The translations under genes were made by a program, and so were the position numbers. Below are positions 19,992-29,599 of a stretch of 64,000 bases of DNA, in pieces; within the stretch, counting starts at the first letter, position 1; every line of letters begins with the position of its first letter. Below the pieces are notes generated by a model. That model was not told the origin of the DNA. It saw only the letters and a program-made list of their open reading frames with translations, and did not search any database. The DNA lies in NCBI GenBank assembly GCA_963665505.1, contig OY762275.1, forward strand, positions 1,700,154 to 1,764,153, read 5' to 3'. The stretch is from Christensenellaceae bacterium. Lineage in GTDB: Bacteria; Bacillota; Clostridia; Christensenellales; Christensenellaceae.

Positions 19992-20020
19992 TTGATTCCC
20001 CAGGGATAGTATTATATAAT
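19992..20020 (+). promoter_or_regulatory. SigA-type promoter of ychF
   Basis: TTGATT-17 nt-TATAAT. Confidence 0.6.
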
Positions 20021-20079
20021 CAGTTACATGCGGAGTTATGGAATCCGTAAAAACATTTCCCGGGGGAGACGATATTCTT

Positions 20080-21180
20080 ATGAAACTCGGCATTATCGGG
20101 TTGCCCAATGTGGGGAAAAGCACGCTCTTCAACGCGATCACGCAGGCGGGAGCCGCCAACGAAAATTATCCTTTTTGTACGATAGAACCCAATATCGGCA
20201 TGGTCAGTGTGCCCGATGTACGGCTGGAGTATCTTGCAGAGATCTATCATCCGGAAAAATTCACCCCCGCCACGATAGAATTTGTGGATATCGCCGGGTT
20301 GGTCCGCGGCGCAAGCAAAGGGGAAGGTCTGGGGAACAAGTTTCTCTCACACATCCGCGAGGTAGATGCTCTTGTGCATGTCGTCCGCTGTTTTGAAGAC
20401 CCGAATATCGTACATGTGGAAAGCAGTGTAGACCCTGTACGTGACGTCGAGACAATCAATTTCGAATTAATATTCGCAGATATGGAAACGGTGGAAAAAC
20501 GTCTTTCCCGCATCGAACGAATGGCCAAAAGCGGCGAACGGCAATACGGGGAAGAAGCCGCCGTGCTGAAAAAACTGTATGCGGTGCTGGAATCCGGCCT
20601 GCCCGCACGCAACGCTCCGTTTTCGGAAGAAGAAAAAGCCTGGGTACGCAACCTGTTTTTGCTTACGGATAAGCCGTTGATCTATGTGGCCAATATAGCG
20701 GAAGACCAACTCTCGCAGCCGGAAGAAACGTTGCCCCTGCTCCAAAGTTTAAAACAGTACGTCGCAAAAGAAGGGGCGGAGGTCCTTGTCATCAGCGTCC
20801 GCGTGGAGGAAGAGCTCTCCGCGCTGGAACCCGATGAAAAGAACCTCTTTATGAAAGAACTGGGTATCAGAGAATCCGGTTTGGACCAGCTCGTAAAGGA
20901 ATCCTATAAACTGTTGGGCCTCATCAGTTACCTCACGGCCGGGCCAAAGGAAGTACGTGCCTGGACGATCCCAAAAGGGACCAAAGCGCCGCAGGCCGCC
21001 GGGAAGATTCATACGGATTTTGAGCGCGGATTCATATGTGCGGAAGTCATTCCCTTTTGCAAGCTGAAGAACCTGGACGGAAATATGACGCGTGCGCACG
21101 AGAAAGGTTTGATACGCCAGGAAGGCAAAGACTATGTTATGCAGGATGGCGATGTCGTTTTGTTCCGCTTCAATGTTTAA
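20080..21180 (+). CDS. ychF: Redox-regulated ATPase YchF (Obg family)
   Basis: GLPNVGKSTLFN, NYPFCTIEPN, DIAGL, C-terminal DGDVVLFRFNV. Confidence 0.96.
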   Translation: MKLGIIGLPNVGKSTLFNAITQAGAANENYPFCTIEPNIGMVSVPDVRLEYLAEIYHPEKFTPATIEFVDIAGLVRGASKGEGLGNKFLSHIREVDALVHVVRCFEDPNIVHVESSVDPVRDVETINFELIFADMETVEKRLSRIERMAKSGERQYGEEAAVLKKLYAVLESGLPARNAPFSEEEKAWVRNLFLLTDKPLIYVANIAEDQLSQPEETLPLLQSLKQYVAKEGAEVLVISVRVEEELSALEPDEKNLFMKELGIRESGLDQLVKESYKLLGLISYLTAGPKEVRAWTIPKGTKAPQAAGKIHTDFERGFICAEVIPFCKLKNLDGNMTRAHEKGLIRQEGKDYVMQDGDVVLFRFNV

Positions 21181-21360
21181 AATTACATTTTAGAAATCGT
21201 GAAGGCTATCCCTGAAAGAAAGCAAAGACGAAACGCTGCTAACCGTATGTTCGGTATCCTATTGAAAGCAACGTGCATTTGCCTCTGTCTATACACCCGG
21301 CGTACGGTCTTTCTTGTCGTGAAATAGTATAAATATATTAAAAAAACGTTTGGAGTATCT

Positions 21361-21918
21361 ATGTCGTTTATCGAACTCATTCTCATAGCCATCGGCGTTT
21401 CCATGGATGCATTTGCCGTAAGCATTTCCAAGGGCCTTTGTTTGCAAACATCCAGCTTGCGCTGTATGACGACAGCAGGCCTGTATTTCGGCCTGTTCCA
21501 GGCAGGTATGCCGTTGATCGGCTACTACTTATATGGCGGTCTGGAATCCGCCATCACCGAAGTCGATCATTGGATCGCTTTTGTGCTTCTTGTCGCCATC
21601 GGCACCAATATGCTGATCGAAGCGGGCAAAAAGGGAGAAGGCGAAAACGCTTCTTTCTCTTTCCGCTACATGCTCCCGCTTGCCATAGCTACCAGCATCG
21701 ATGCCCTGGCCGTGGGGATCACGCTCGGCGCATTGGGAACGAACATCTATTATGCGATCTTTGTCATAGGTGTCACCACTTTTTTATTCTCTTTTTTCGG
21801 AGTAAAAATAGGCTGTATTTTTGGAAACAAGTATGAATCCAAAGCAAAGATCATAGGCGGACTCATACTCATCTGTATCGGGATAAAGATATTGCTCGAG
21901 CACCTGAAGCTCCTATAA
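21361..21918 (+). CDS. mntP: Manganese efflux pump MntP
   Basis: SMDAFAVS and ATSIDALAVG motifs; 6 TM helices. Confidence 0.9.
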   Translation: MSFIELILIAIGVSMDAFAVSISKGLCLQTSSLRCMTTAGLYFGLFQAGMPLIGYYLYGGLESAITEVDHWIAFVLLVAIGTNMLIEAGKKGEGENASFSFRYMLPLAIATSIDALAVGITLGALGTNIYYAIFVIGVTTFLFSFFGVKIGCIFGNKYESKAKIIGGLILICIGIKILLEHLKLL

Positions 21919-21942
21919 GGGGATTCTTTTTTTTCCGTAAAA

Positions 21943-22068
21943 CCCGTGTGGCCTTTGCCACGGTCAGAATCGTGACCCCTACGTCTGCAAATCCGGCTTG
22001 TTCGCCGCCCCAGTAAGACCGCCAACACCATTTTTGCAGATCGTTCTGCACCAGCACCGCTGTCCCTC
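21943..22068. ncRNA. Candidate structured RNA of unknown family, 3' of mntP
   Basis: Nested stems CAGAA/TTCTG and TCTGCAAA/TTTGCAGA plus GTGGC/GCCAC hairpin; strand not determinable. Confidence 0.4.
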
Positions 22069-22087
22069 TTATTTTTATTAAATAAAA

Positions 22088-22116
22088 GCATAAAAAAAAC
22101 GCCCGGACAAATACTA
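22088..22116 (+). promoter_or_regulatory. Forespore SigG/SigF-like promoter
   Basis: GCATA-17 nt-AATACTA upstream of a spore-protein-like gene. Confidence 0.5.
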
Positions 22117-22143
22117 TTAAAAAATCCAGGAGCGTACTTTTTT

Positions 22144-22329
22144 ATGAATAAAAAGAAAAACAAACGAATCCCCAACATAACGCCGCCGCAACAGCCAATC
22201 TCCCCCGAAGCGCCACCCGCATTCACGGCGCTCGCCGCAACCAACGCCATCTTTGACGACGTTTCCCCGGCGGTTAAAAACGAAGATATCAAAGAAGCAA
22301 AGGATTGGGTGGATACAAACGAGAAGTGA
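22144..22329 (+). CDS. Small spore-associated protein, DUF3787-like
   Basis: C-terminal EAKDWVDTNEK resembles the DUF3787 terminus; forespore-type promoter. Confidence 0.6.
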   Translation: MNKKKNKRIPNITPPQQPISPEAPPAFTALAATNAIFDDVSPAVKNEDIKEAKDWVDTNEK

Positions 22330-22336
22330 GCCAACT

Positions 22337-22846
22337 TCAGGTCCGGGCGTCCGTACTCCCGAAGCCGCCATTGCGGGAGACCCGCACATCATCCTCCCTT
22401 GTGATCCCGAACATCGTAAAAACCCCCTGCATAAACGCCTGCCCCGCGTCTATGTGGAGTGTTTTTTCGTTTAAAGACCCATTGGTAAACCGGGCCATGA
22501 TATGCCCTTCGTTATCTGAAAAGTAATAATCGCTATCTATGATGCCCACCGTATTATTGAGTTGCATGCGGTATTTGAACCCCAACCCGCTCCTCGGGTA
22601 GCATTGCAGGACCCAGCCTTCCTCCATACGTACGCGTATGCCCGTAGGGACGGTCACTTCGGTACCGGGGAGCAAGGTAAACCCTGCCGGCGCAAAAAAA
22701 TCATAGCCGGCCGAACCCGCGGTGGCCCGCCTGGGCAGCAGGATATCCGCATAGGCGGACCGGGCATCTTTGCCGGCCAAAAACTGCGCCGCATCCCGGC
22801 AAAACTGTCCTTGCGAAACCTTTTCAAACGTTGCGATCCGTTGCAT
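22337..22846 (-). CDS. dut: dUTP diphosphatase
   Basis: SAGYDF, PRSGLGFK, GIIDSDY, RNGGFGST motifs. Confidence 0.93.
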   Translation of the reverse strand: MQRIATFEKVSQGQFCRDAAQFLAGKDARSAYADILLPRRATAGSAGYDFFAPAGFTLLPGTEVTVPTGIRVRMEEGWVLQCYPRSGLGFKYRMQLNNTVGIIDSDYYFSDNEGHIMARFTNGSLNEKTLHIDAGQAFMQGVFTMFGITREDDVRVSRNGGFGSTDART

Positions 22847-23051
22847 ACCCGACTCCTCTTTTTTTACAAAGTATAGCATATCGTCCACTAGCAAGCAAAT
22901 ACTGTACAAGGCTAAGATTTTATGCTAAACTGTAAAAAGAAACGCGATGATCACAAAAAAGATTTGACGATAAGATCCAGAGCATACTATAATCAAACAA
23001 AGGTTTGTACAAATTCTGAAAAATCCATTCAATTTTAAGGAGGGATATTTT

Positions 23052-23381
23052 ATGAAGCTGATAATCGCAATCGTACAGGACGAGGACGCTTCCAACCTGA
23101 TCGGCACTTTAATGAAAGAACATTACAGTGTAACAAAGTTGGCTTCCACCGGCGGATTCTTGCGTTCGGGCAATACCACGCTCCTTCTGGGTGTGGAAGA
23201 TGATAAACTGGACGGTGCGCTTGCCATCATCAAAAAAGTATGCATCAGCCGCAAACAGATCGAAGTATTCCCCTCGCCCGCCATGGGTGCCATGGGTATG
23301 TATACGCCCTATCCGATCGAAGTCACCGTCGGCGGCGCAACTGTATTTGTCATGGAAGTCGGTCAGTTCCTGAAATACTAA
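23052..23381 (+). CDS. darA: Cyclic-di-AMP receptor, PII-like (DarA/PstA/YaaQ)
   Basis: KLIIAIVQDED, TKLASTGGFLRSGNTT, VGGATVFV. Confidence 0.9.
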   Translation: MKLIIAIVQDEDASNLIGTLMKEHYSVTKLASTGGFLRSGNTTLLLGVEDDKLDGALAIIKKVCISRKQIEVFPSPAMGAMGMYTPYPIEVTVGGATVFVMEVGQFLKY

Positions 23382-23476
23382 CATTTTATTTTTAGTATCC
23401 GATACGTCACTGCAACAAGCGGGGCGGTCTATACCGTCCCGTTTTTAATATATCTTCTATATCTAAGGAGTCCCTC

Positions 23477-24025
23477 ATGCAAACATTGGAAACACAAAGA
23501 ATTTTGTTGCGCGGATGGCAGTTAAGTGATCTGGAAGATTTCCATGCATACTGTAAAAATCCGCACGTGGGACCGGCCGCCGGCTGGGAACCCCATGCGG
23601 ATATGGAAGCCTCGCGTAAGATCCTGCAGTCTTTTATAGAGGCGGACGATGTCTGGGCCATCGTATGGAAAGAAACGGGCAAAGCAATCGGCTCCGTCGG
23701 CCTACATAAAGACCGCCAGCGCGATTTCCCCGAAGCGCGTATGCTCGGGTACGTACTAAGCGAAGAATACTGGGGGCGGGGGATCATGCCGGAAACAGTA
23801 AAGACCATATTGTCCCATGCATTTTTGCAAATGGACCTCCTTATTGTTTCCGTATACCATTATCCCTTCAACAATCGTTCCCGCCGTGTCATCGAAAAAT
23901 GCGGATTCACCTACGAAGGAACATTGCGCCTGGCCGCCAAGATCTACGACGGGACATTTTATGATGCGTGCTGTTACTCTATGGCCAGGGAAGAATATCT
24001 TGCTCGCCCGCATGAAGACAGTTAA
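23477..24025 (+). CDS. GNAT N-acetyltransferase (RimJ/RimL-like)
   Basis: LETQRILLR, YWGRGIM, SRRVIEKCGF.EG. Confidence 0.85.
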   Translation: MQTLETQRILLRGWQLSDLEDFHAYCKNPHVGPAAGWEPHADMEASRKILQSFIEADDVWAIVWKETGKAIGSVGLHKDRQRDFPEARMLGYVLSEEYWGRGIMPETVKTILSHAFLQMDLLIVSVYHYPFNNRSRRVIEKCGFTYEGTLRLAAKIYDGTFYDACCYSMAREEYLARPHEDS

Positions 24026-24080
24026 AAAATACCTATATAGCCCTATCTACTATTCAGAATTTATTTCAGGAGGTTCCAGA

Positions 24081-25052
24081 ATGTCAAAAAATATACTCGT
24101 GATCACAGATCTGGATGCAAACCACATCGAGAAACTAAAGCAGATAGCGCCCGATTGTACGTTTGTTCTTACCAACAACGGTGCCTTGGAAGAAAAACAA
24201 GTGTGCGAGGCAGATATCATACTCGGCAATCCCCCGGTCCAGATGCTCAAGGGATGTACGCATCTTGGCATGGTCTGTCTGAACAGCGCGGGTGCCAATA
24301 CATACTGCGTCGAAGGCGTATTGCCCAAGGGCACCATACTTACCAACGCAACCGGCGCCTATGGCCCCATGATCAGCGAATGGCTGCTGGGCATGTTGAT
24401 GAACATCTATAATTTTTTCCCGCAATACAAAGAACAACAACGGAAAAATCTATGGAACCGGCTGCATAACAAGCGGTATTCCGTGTATGGTTCTACCGTA
24501 CTGATCGTAGGCGCGGGGGATATCGGCGGAAATTTCGCAAAACGCGTAAAAGCGCTCGAGGCTTATACCATTGGCATCCGCAGGACCCCGCGGGAGAAAC
24601 CGGATTTCCTCGATGAAGTATATACGGCGGACGCGCTCGACGGCCTCCTCCCCAAAGCGGACGTCGTCGCCCTGTGTCTGCCTTCCACCGGACAAACGTA
24701 CCGGATCATCGACCAAAAACGTCTGGCGCTGATGAAGGACAAGGCCGTTCTTTTGAATATTGGGCGCGGGACCGCGATCGATACCGACGCGCTTTATCGG
24801 CATCTGCAAACAGGCAAGCTGCTGGGTGTGGGGTTGGATGTCATCGATCCGGAACCGCTACCCGCTGATTCTCCGCTTTGGCAAATGCCCAACCTGCACA
24901 TTACCCCACATGTATCGGGCAGCACTTCCTTTGCATTCGCGAGGGACACCATCGCCGGGATTTTCTATCAGAACGTTGCGGCGTATCTCAACGGCGGGAA
25001 ATACGCCAATCTGGTCGATCTTTCCACAGGATACCGCAAACTCGAAGAATAA
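24081..25052 (+). CDS. D-2-hydroxyacid dehydrogenase family protein
   Basis: GAGDIG Rossmann motif, LNIGRG, DVIDPEP, ITPHVSG; start behind AGGAGG. Confidence 0.9.
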   Translation: MSKNILVITDLDANHIEKLKQIAPDCTFVLTNNGALEEKQVCEADIILGNPPVQMLKGCTHLGMVCLNSAGANTYCVEGVLPKGTILTNATGAYGPMISEWLLGMLMNIYNFFPQYKEQQRKNLWNRLHNKRYSVYGSTVLIVGAGDIGGNFAKRVKALEAYTIGIRRTPREKPDFLDEVYTADALDGLLPKADVVALCLPSTGQTYRIIDQKRLALMKDKAVLLNIGRGTAIDTDALYRHLQTGKLLGVGLDVIDPEPLPADSPLWQMPNLHITPHVSGSTSFAFARDTIAGIFYQNVAAYLNGGKYANLVDLSTGYRKLEE

Positions 25053-25113
25053 AGCGACAAATCAGAATAAAAAAAGCTCTGTAAAAAGCAGAGCTTTTTT
25101 GCGCACACTACAA

Positions 25114-25896
25114 TCAGGCGTGGACCTCTTCTCCCCGGAAGAACCGCATGGCGAGTTCCAACGACTTGTTCCAAAACGGCCATTCGTGTTTTCCCGGCCA
25201 TTCTAGATAGGTATGCCCATAGCCGGCCGCATCCAACGTTTCTTTAAAGCGCTTGTTCGCCTCATACAGGAAATCCTGCTGGCCGCAGGTCTGCAAAAGC
25301 TTCGGCCGGTTCGGGTCTTTTGCCAGCGCAGCACCCATCGCATGCGCATCGTTCACGACTTGCTTCTCATAATCGGTGCCAAAGATAGCCACAACATCCT
25401 TTTCCAGATCTTTTCGGTCCTCTTTTTTCATATTGTCCACAATCGAACGGATATCTACCCCCGCGGAAAAACACGCGATCCCCGCAAATTTTTCAGGCTG
25501 GCTGAAACCGATTTTTGCAGCGCCGTATCCACCCATGGAAAGGCCGGCGATAAACGTATTCTCCCGGCCCTGCGGGATCCGGAAAATATTTGCGCAGATT
25601 TTCGGCAGTTCCTCCGCCACATATGTGAAATAACTGGGGCCATAGACCATATCGCAATAAAAACTTCTCTGTACTTCCGGCATAATGACAATATAATTGT
25701 ATACCTTTGCAAAATATTCCGCCTGGGTCAGCCTGGCCCATGCGGTGGCGTTATCCGTCATACCATGCAGCAGATAAAGTATATGCGTAGCCTTATAAGG
25801 AGATTCGATATCGTAAGGAATGTCCGGCACGATTATATTTATCTGGGTGTCCAACATAAGTGCTCTTGAAAAAATATTACCATTGAATAAAGCCAT
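25114..25896 (-). CDS. Esterase, alpha/beta hydrolase (EstA/tributyrin esterase-like)
   Basis: LYLLHG, IAGLSMGGYGA nucleophile elbow, GKHEWPFW. Confidence 0.87.
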   Translation of the reverse strand: MALFNGNIFSRALMLDTQINIIVPDIPYDIESPYKATHILYLLHGMTDNATAWARLTQAEYFAKVYNYIVIMPEVQRSFYCDMVYGPSYFTYVAEELPKICANIFRIPQGRENTFIAGLSMGGYGAAKIGFSQPEKFAGIACFSAGVDIRSIVDNMKKEDRKDLEKDVVAIFGTDYEKQVVNDAHAMGAALAKDPNRPKLLQTCGQQDFLYEANKRFKETLDAAGYGHTYLEWPGKHEWPFWNKSLELAMRFFRGEEVHA

Positions 25897-26014
25897 GCGA
25901 TTCCCTTCTTTCTTGTTTTTTTCCTCTGAATGAACCGATTACATTAAAATAGCCGGAGACACACTTCCATTTTATAAAACCAGACCTATCCTGTCAACGA
26001 AAAGCTTTCCTGTC

Positions 26015-26539
26015 TCAATCGGCAAAGTGGATGACCGATTTCCTCGGGGGCGCAATGGGATCTTTAGCGGCGGCATACCCAAGTGCAGCAACGCCCCACA
26101 CGAGATGATTTTCCGGGATCCCCATGCCCGTCAGCGCCTTACAGACCGATGCAGCATCACAGATGCCTTTAAATTGGTTGATCCATACGGAACCAACCCC
26201 TATGGAATGCGCAAAAAGAAAAATGTTTTGCAATGCACAGGCACAATCCGCCAGGCCATTAGAATTATCGCGGTCGTTGGAAAGCAAAATAAGCGCAGCT
26301 GGTTCATAAAAATTATAAGCGGAGTTCCCTAACTGCGCACCGACCACTTTGGCCAACACCTGTATTTCTCCCCGGTCTTGCAAAACCGTGAAGCGGAAAG
26401 TTTGCCGATTGCTCGCCGTGGGCGCCCACGCACCCGCCTGCGCGATACGCATAAGGTCTTCTTTGGAAACCGATTGTTCCCGAAAAGAACGAATACTGCG
26501 CCGCGACTTGATATTTTCCCACACTTCGTTCATTAACAT
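26015..26539 (-). CDS. Nitroreductase family protein
   Basis: IKSRRSIRSF, WAPTASNRQ, AHSIGVGSVW. Confidence 0.88.
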   Translation of the reverse strand: MLMNEVWENIKSRRSIRSFREQSVSKEDLMRIAQAGAWAPTASNRQTFRFTVLQDRGEIQVLAKVVGAQLGNSAYNFYEPAALILLSNDRDNSNGLADCACALQNIFLFAHSIGVGSVWINQFKGICDAASVCKALTGMGIPENHLVWGVAALGYAAAKDPIAPPRKSVIHFAD

Positions 26540-26586
26540 TCCCTCCCTTTAAAAAGTATCTTTCTCAAAAAAAGTGAAATTCCTTC

Positions 26587-27354
26587 TTATTCTCCGCCTA
26601 TTTGATTGCGCACAATGATATAAAATCTATGCTCACGAGATTCCACGAACCCATTTTCCTCTACTTCCCGCTGGAGCACAAGCAGCTTATCCAGGCAGGT
26701 TTCCACAGAAAACCCCGGAAATTCCCACTGGATCACTTTCGCAAACCAAACCAAGGCACCGACATCAAAAAACCGCAGAACAGGAAAATATTCTCCACAC
26801 GATACGATAGAAAAACCCGCTTCTTCAAACTGTGCGCGCACGCGGTAAAGCGTGTTTTCCGGATAAGGCGGGACAAACCCCTCGATCAACCTGTCCGAGA
26901 GCGCACGGTTGTTTTCCCCGCCGACTTGCTCTGTAATGAACAGTCCGCCCGGTTTTAGCACACGCCCCAGTTCGGCTACCCGAAAAGACCCATGCCGGTT
27001 GAGGACAATGTCGAAAAAATCCCGCTCGAACGGCAGCGTACCGTCTTCCTCTTGTCTTACGATCGTGATTCCCTGCTTGGCCAACGTATCCATCAGCAGA
27101 CGATAATTCGGCTCCCAATTCTCCGTCGCATAGGTGTTTTTGTAAGGGTGGCGCAGAGAAGACAAAAATTCCCCTCCGCCTGTTTCCATATCCAGTAACC
27201 GCTGTGTCGGTCTTATATATTGTAACACTTTTTCTTTATAATCCCAAGGCAAGGGTTCTTCAAAACTTCTCTTTTCGATATAGGAAAAATCCCACCCGAC
27301 GAACACTTTCTTTTCTTCCGCCTGCCAACATGCCTTCAAAGAAGCAACATCCAT
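26587..27354 (-). CDS. Class I SAM-dependent methyltransferase
   Basis: LLDMETGGGE motif I variant, FDIVLNRH, LKPGGLFITEQV. Confidence 0.85.
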   Translation of the reverse strand: MDVASLKACWQAEEKKVFVGWDFSYIEKRSFEEPLPWDYKEKVLQYIRPTQRLLDMETGGGEFLSSLRHPYKNTYATENWEPNYRLLMDTLAKQGITIVRQEEDGTLPFERDFFDIVLNRHGSFRVAELGRVLKPGGLFITEQVGGENNRALSDRLIEGFVPPYPENTLYRVRAQFEEAGFSIVSCGEYFPVLRFFDVGALVWFAKVIQWEFPGFSVETCLDKLLVLQREVEENGFVESREHRFYIIVRNQIGGE

Positions 27355-27375
27355 ATTCCTTCTCCTTCATTAATG

Positions 27376-28407
27376 TTAAATAAATATCCGATATGCTTTT
27401 TTCCCAGGAAAAGCCCCGCAACTCTCCCGGAAAATAAATTCAGGGGCGTATAGTTTGCTGCTCTGCCTTCTTTTCCCTCCGATGGCGGCGACAGCCGCCA
27501 GCAAGGCGTCTTCCACCATGACCCGCATGGGAAATGTGAGCGCGGTGATAGAAGGCGGAAGGTATTCCAGCAGGGGATTATTTCCGCATGCAACGATTTT
27601 CAAATTCTCCGGTATACGCAACCCCCGTTTTTGGAAAACACCCATGGCTCCGATAACCGCCTTATCGCTTTCAAACAGGATCGCTTGGGGAATTTCGTCG
27701 CGCAACAGAATATCCTCCGCCGCCCGGGCTCCACCCAGCGGAGAAGAAGGATGTTGAAAAACATCGTTTGCCGCAAATTGCAGTCCGTATTCGCCGCATC
27801 CCTTGCTAAAACCATTTAATAAATAACTGCCTTCTCCCTTCCAACCGACAAAAGCTACATGGGAAAGCTTATACGCGGCAAAAAGGCGCGCCACTTCTTT
27901 CCCGGCGTTTATATAGTCGGGGAGCATGCTTACATTTTTTCCGGACGGACTCCCAATATAACAGATCGGCAATTTCAGATTCAGTTGTTCTATATACGAA
28001 AAATCCGCCTCTTGTATTTCTGCAAACAAAAGCGCGTTATATTTGTTTTCCGCTTTCTCTATGCCAGTAGCAGACAGTTTTCCCGGTTTATAGGGGCGCG
28101 CAACGATTTCCACATCGCCGCTCTCCCTATGAAAAGATTTCGTAAGTCCTTCCATAATGGTATCCAAAGAAAATCCGAGTGTATCGATCGGCCAATACAA
28201 GGCAATTAATGGCGTATAATCGGCCGATTTCAAACGTCGGGCCTGTACATTTGCCACATATCCCAGCTTTTGGGCCGCTTCCAGTATTCTTTCCTGCGTT
28301 TTTTCAGAAATACGCATGGCCGTTCCTTTCCCATTCAAAACAAAAGAAACGGCGCTCAAAGAGGTTCCCGCAAGTTCCGCAATATCCTTTATCCGTATCA
28401 TACGCAT
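27376..28407 (-). CDS. LacI family transcriptional regulator
   Basis: IKDIAELAGTSLSAVSFVLN HTH followed by a periplasmic-binding-like domain; TTGACA-17-TATGCT promoter at 28461-28489. Confidence 0.88.
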   Translation of the reverse strand: MRMIRIKDIAELAGTSLSAVSFVLNGKGTAMRISEKTQERILEAAQKLGYVANVQARRLKSADYTPLIALYWPIDTLGFSLDTIMEGLTKSFHRESGDVEIVARPYKPGKLSATGIEKAENKYNALLFAEIQEADFSYIEQLNLKLPICYIGSPSGKNVSMLPDYINAGKEVARLFAAYKLSHVAFVGWKGEGSYLLNGFSKGCGEYGLQFAANDVFQHPSSPLGGARAAEDILLRDEIPQAILFESDKAVIGAMGVFQKRGLRIPENLKIVACGNNPLLEYLPPSITALTFPMRVMVEDALLAAVAAIGGKRRQSSKLYAPEFIFRESCGAFPGKKAYRIFI

Positions 28408-28506
28408 ACCCCCTGCAATTATCATGGCGACAGCATGCCTAACACGTTTTAGCTAATAACAGCATACTAAATAAACCAATATTTGTCAACGTACTTGGAC
28501 CCTTAT

Positions 28507-29067
28507 TTAGCATGGCCCTGGCATAAATTCAGTTTCGACAGAGTATCTCTCGCTGTCTGTATAATGCCACCATTCCGGCCAATGATCTGTTAAGAACCCG
28601 CCTGCCTTCATTGCCTTTTCCAATAGAAGTGCATTCTCCCGTACTGTTGGCGGAAGTCCAGAGTAACTCCTGTTTGCCCTTTTTGTAAAGTCATCAAACC
28701 CGGTGGGCATCTCTGCTTCTGCTCCATTCAAATAAATAAGTGTTGCATCTACTGTATTCCCCCGGCTATGATTGGAATAGCTCTGCGTCGGGTCCGCTAC
28801 AAACATAGGATCGGGTACCGCTTCCCAAAGCGCAAACTGCGCAGCGGCTGGCCGAAATGCATCCCAGATTTTAAGTGCGAACCCTTTTTCCTTCAGTATT
28901 TGCTGTACCAAACGGAGTTTCTCCGCTGTGCCTTGCCGCAAATATGCATCCTGAAACATATAAATCTTTTTACCTGTAAAATTGTCTGCGGTCGCATACT
29001 TCAGGTCGACTTTAATATCCGGAATAAGGTCTTTCACCAGCACAAATCTGCTTTTATCGGTTTTCAT
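28507..29067 (-). CDS. M15 D-alanyl-D-alanine dipeptidase (VanX/DdpX-like)
   Basis: WDAFRP, SNHSRGNTVD, EWWHY zinc-ligand motifs. Confidence 0.88.
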   Translation of the reverse strand: MKTDKSRFVLVKDLIPDIKVDLKYATADNFTGKKIYMFQDAYLRQGTAEKLRLVQQILKEKGFALKIWDAFRPAAAQFALWEAVPDPMFVADPTQSYSNHSRGNTVDATLIYLNGAEAEMPTGFDDFTKRANRSYSGLPPTVRENALLLEKAMKAGGFLTDHWPEWWHYTDSERYSVETEFMPGPC

Positions 29068-29243
29068 GATATAGATATCCTCTTGCTTTTCTTTCTTATT
29101 AAGTATATAAAACTCGACCCCATTTTACAAACCCTAAATTTCAAAGGCAGGGAATTTTTACATAAATGCATAAACATATTGACAAATATCTATCTATGGT
29201 ACACAATATTGCCAGATGGTCCATTACGGTAGAGGAAACAATC

Positions 29244-29516
29244 ATGGAATTGACAAACGCAGAAATAGCAAAGGTTTTCAAAGCACTTTGTGACGAAAAT
29301 AGAATACAGATTCTTCGCTTTCTCGGGAAAAGCGAAAAATGCGCTTGCCAATTGCTTGAAAAGTTAAATCTGACGCAGCCGACATTGTCTTATCACATGA
29401 AAATTCTGTGTGATTCGGGCATTGTGACCGGGCGAAAAGAAGGAAAATGGATCTATTATCAACTTTCCCCCCAGGCAAATGAAACACTTGTACGGATCGT
29501 GAACGAACTTTTATAG
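29244..29516 (+). CDS. arsR: ArsR/SmtB family metalloregulator
   Basis: FKALCDENRIQIL, EKCACQL, TLSYHMKIL. Confidence 0.88.
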   Translation: MELTNAEIAKVFKALCDENRIQILRFLGKSEKCACQLLEKLNLTQPTLSYHMKILCDSGIVTGRKEGKWIYYQLSPQANETLVRIVNELL

Positions 29517-29557
29517 CAATCGGAATCTACTCGCATATAATAATTTGATGCAAATAT

Positions 29558-29585
29558 ACATAGATATATTTAAATATATTTATGT
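29558..29585. promoter_or_regulatory. Palindrome upstream of the permease, putative ArsR operator
   Basis: ACATAGATATATTT/AAATATATTTATGT, 13 of 14 positions complementary. Confidence 0.5.
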
Positions 29586-29599
29586 TTTGGAGGTTTTCT

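Noticed and set aside
21183-22068. Calling either mntP-flanking element 6S RNA, SRP RNA, NiCo or canonical yybP-ykoY
   Set aside because: Each lacks the defining words (symmetric 6S bubble with TGAACC/GGTTCA, SRP CAGG..GGAA..AGCAG, NiCo ACTGAGCAGG, GGGGAGTAG); kept only as unknown structures
27000-29240. Second att copy (duplicated tRNA-Asn 3' end) marking the island boundary
   Set aside because: No TGGCTCCCCC-like repeat was found by eye
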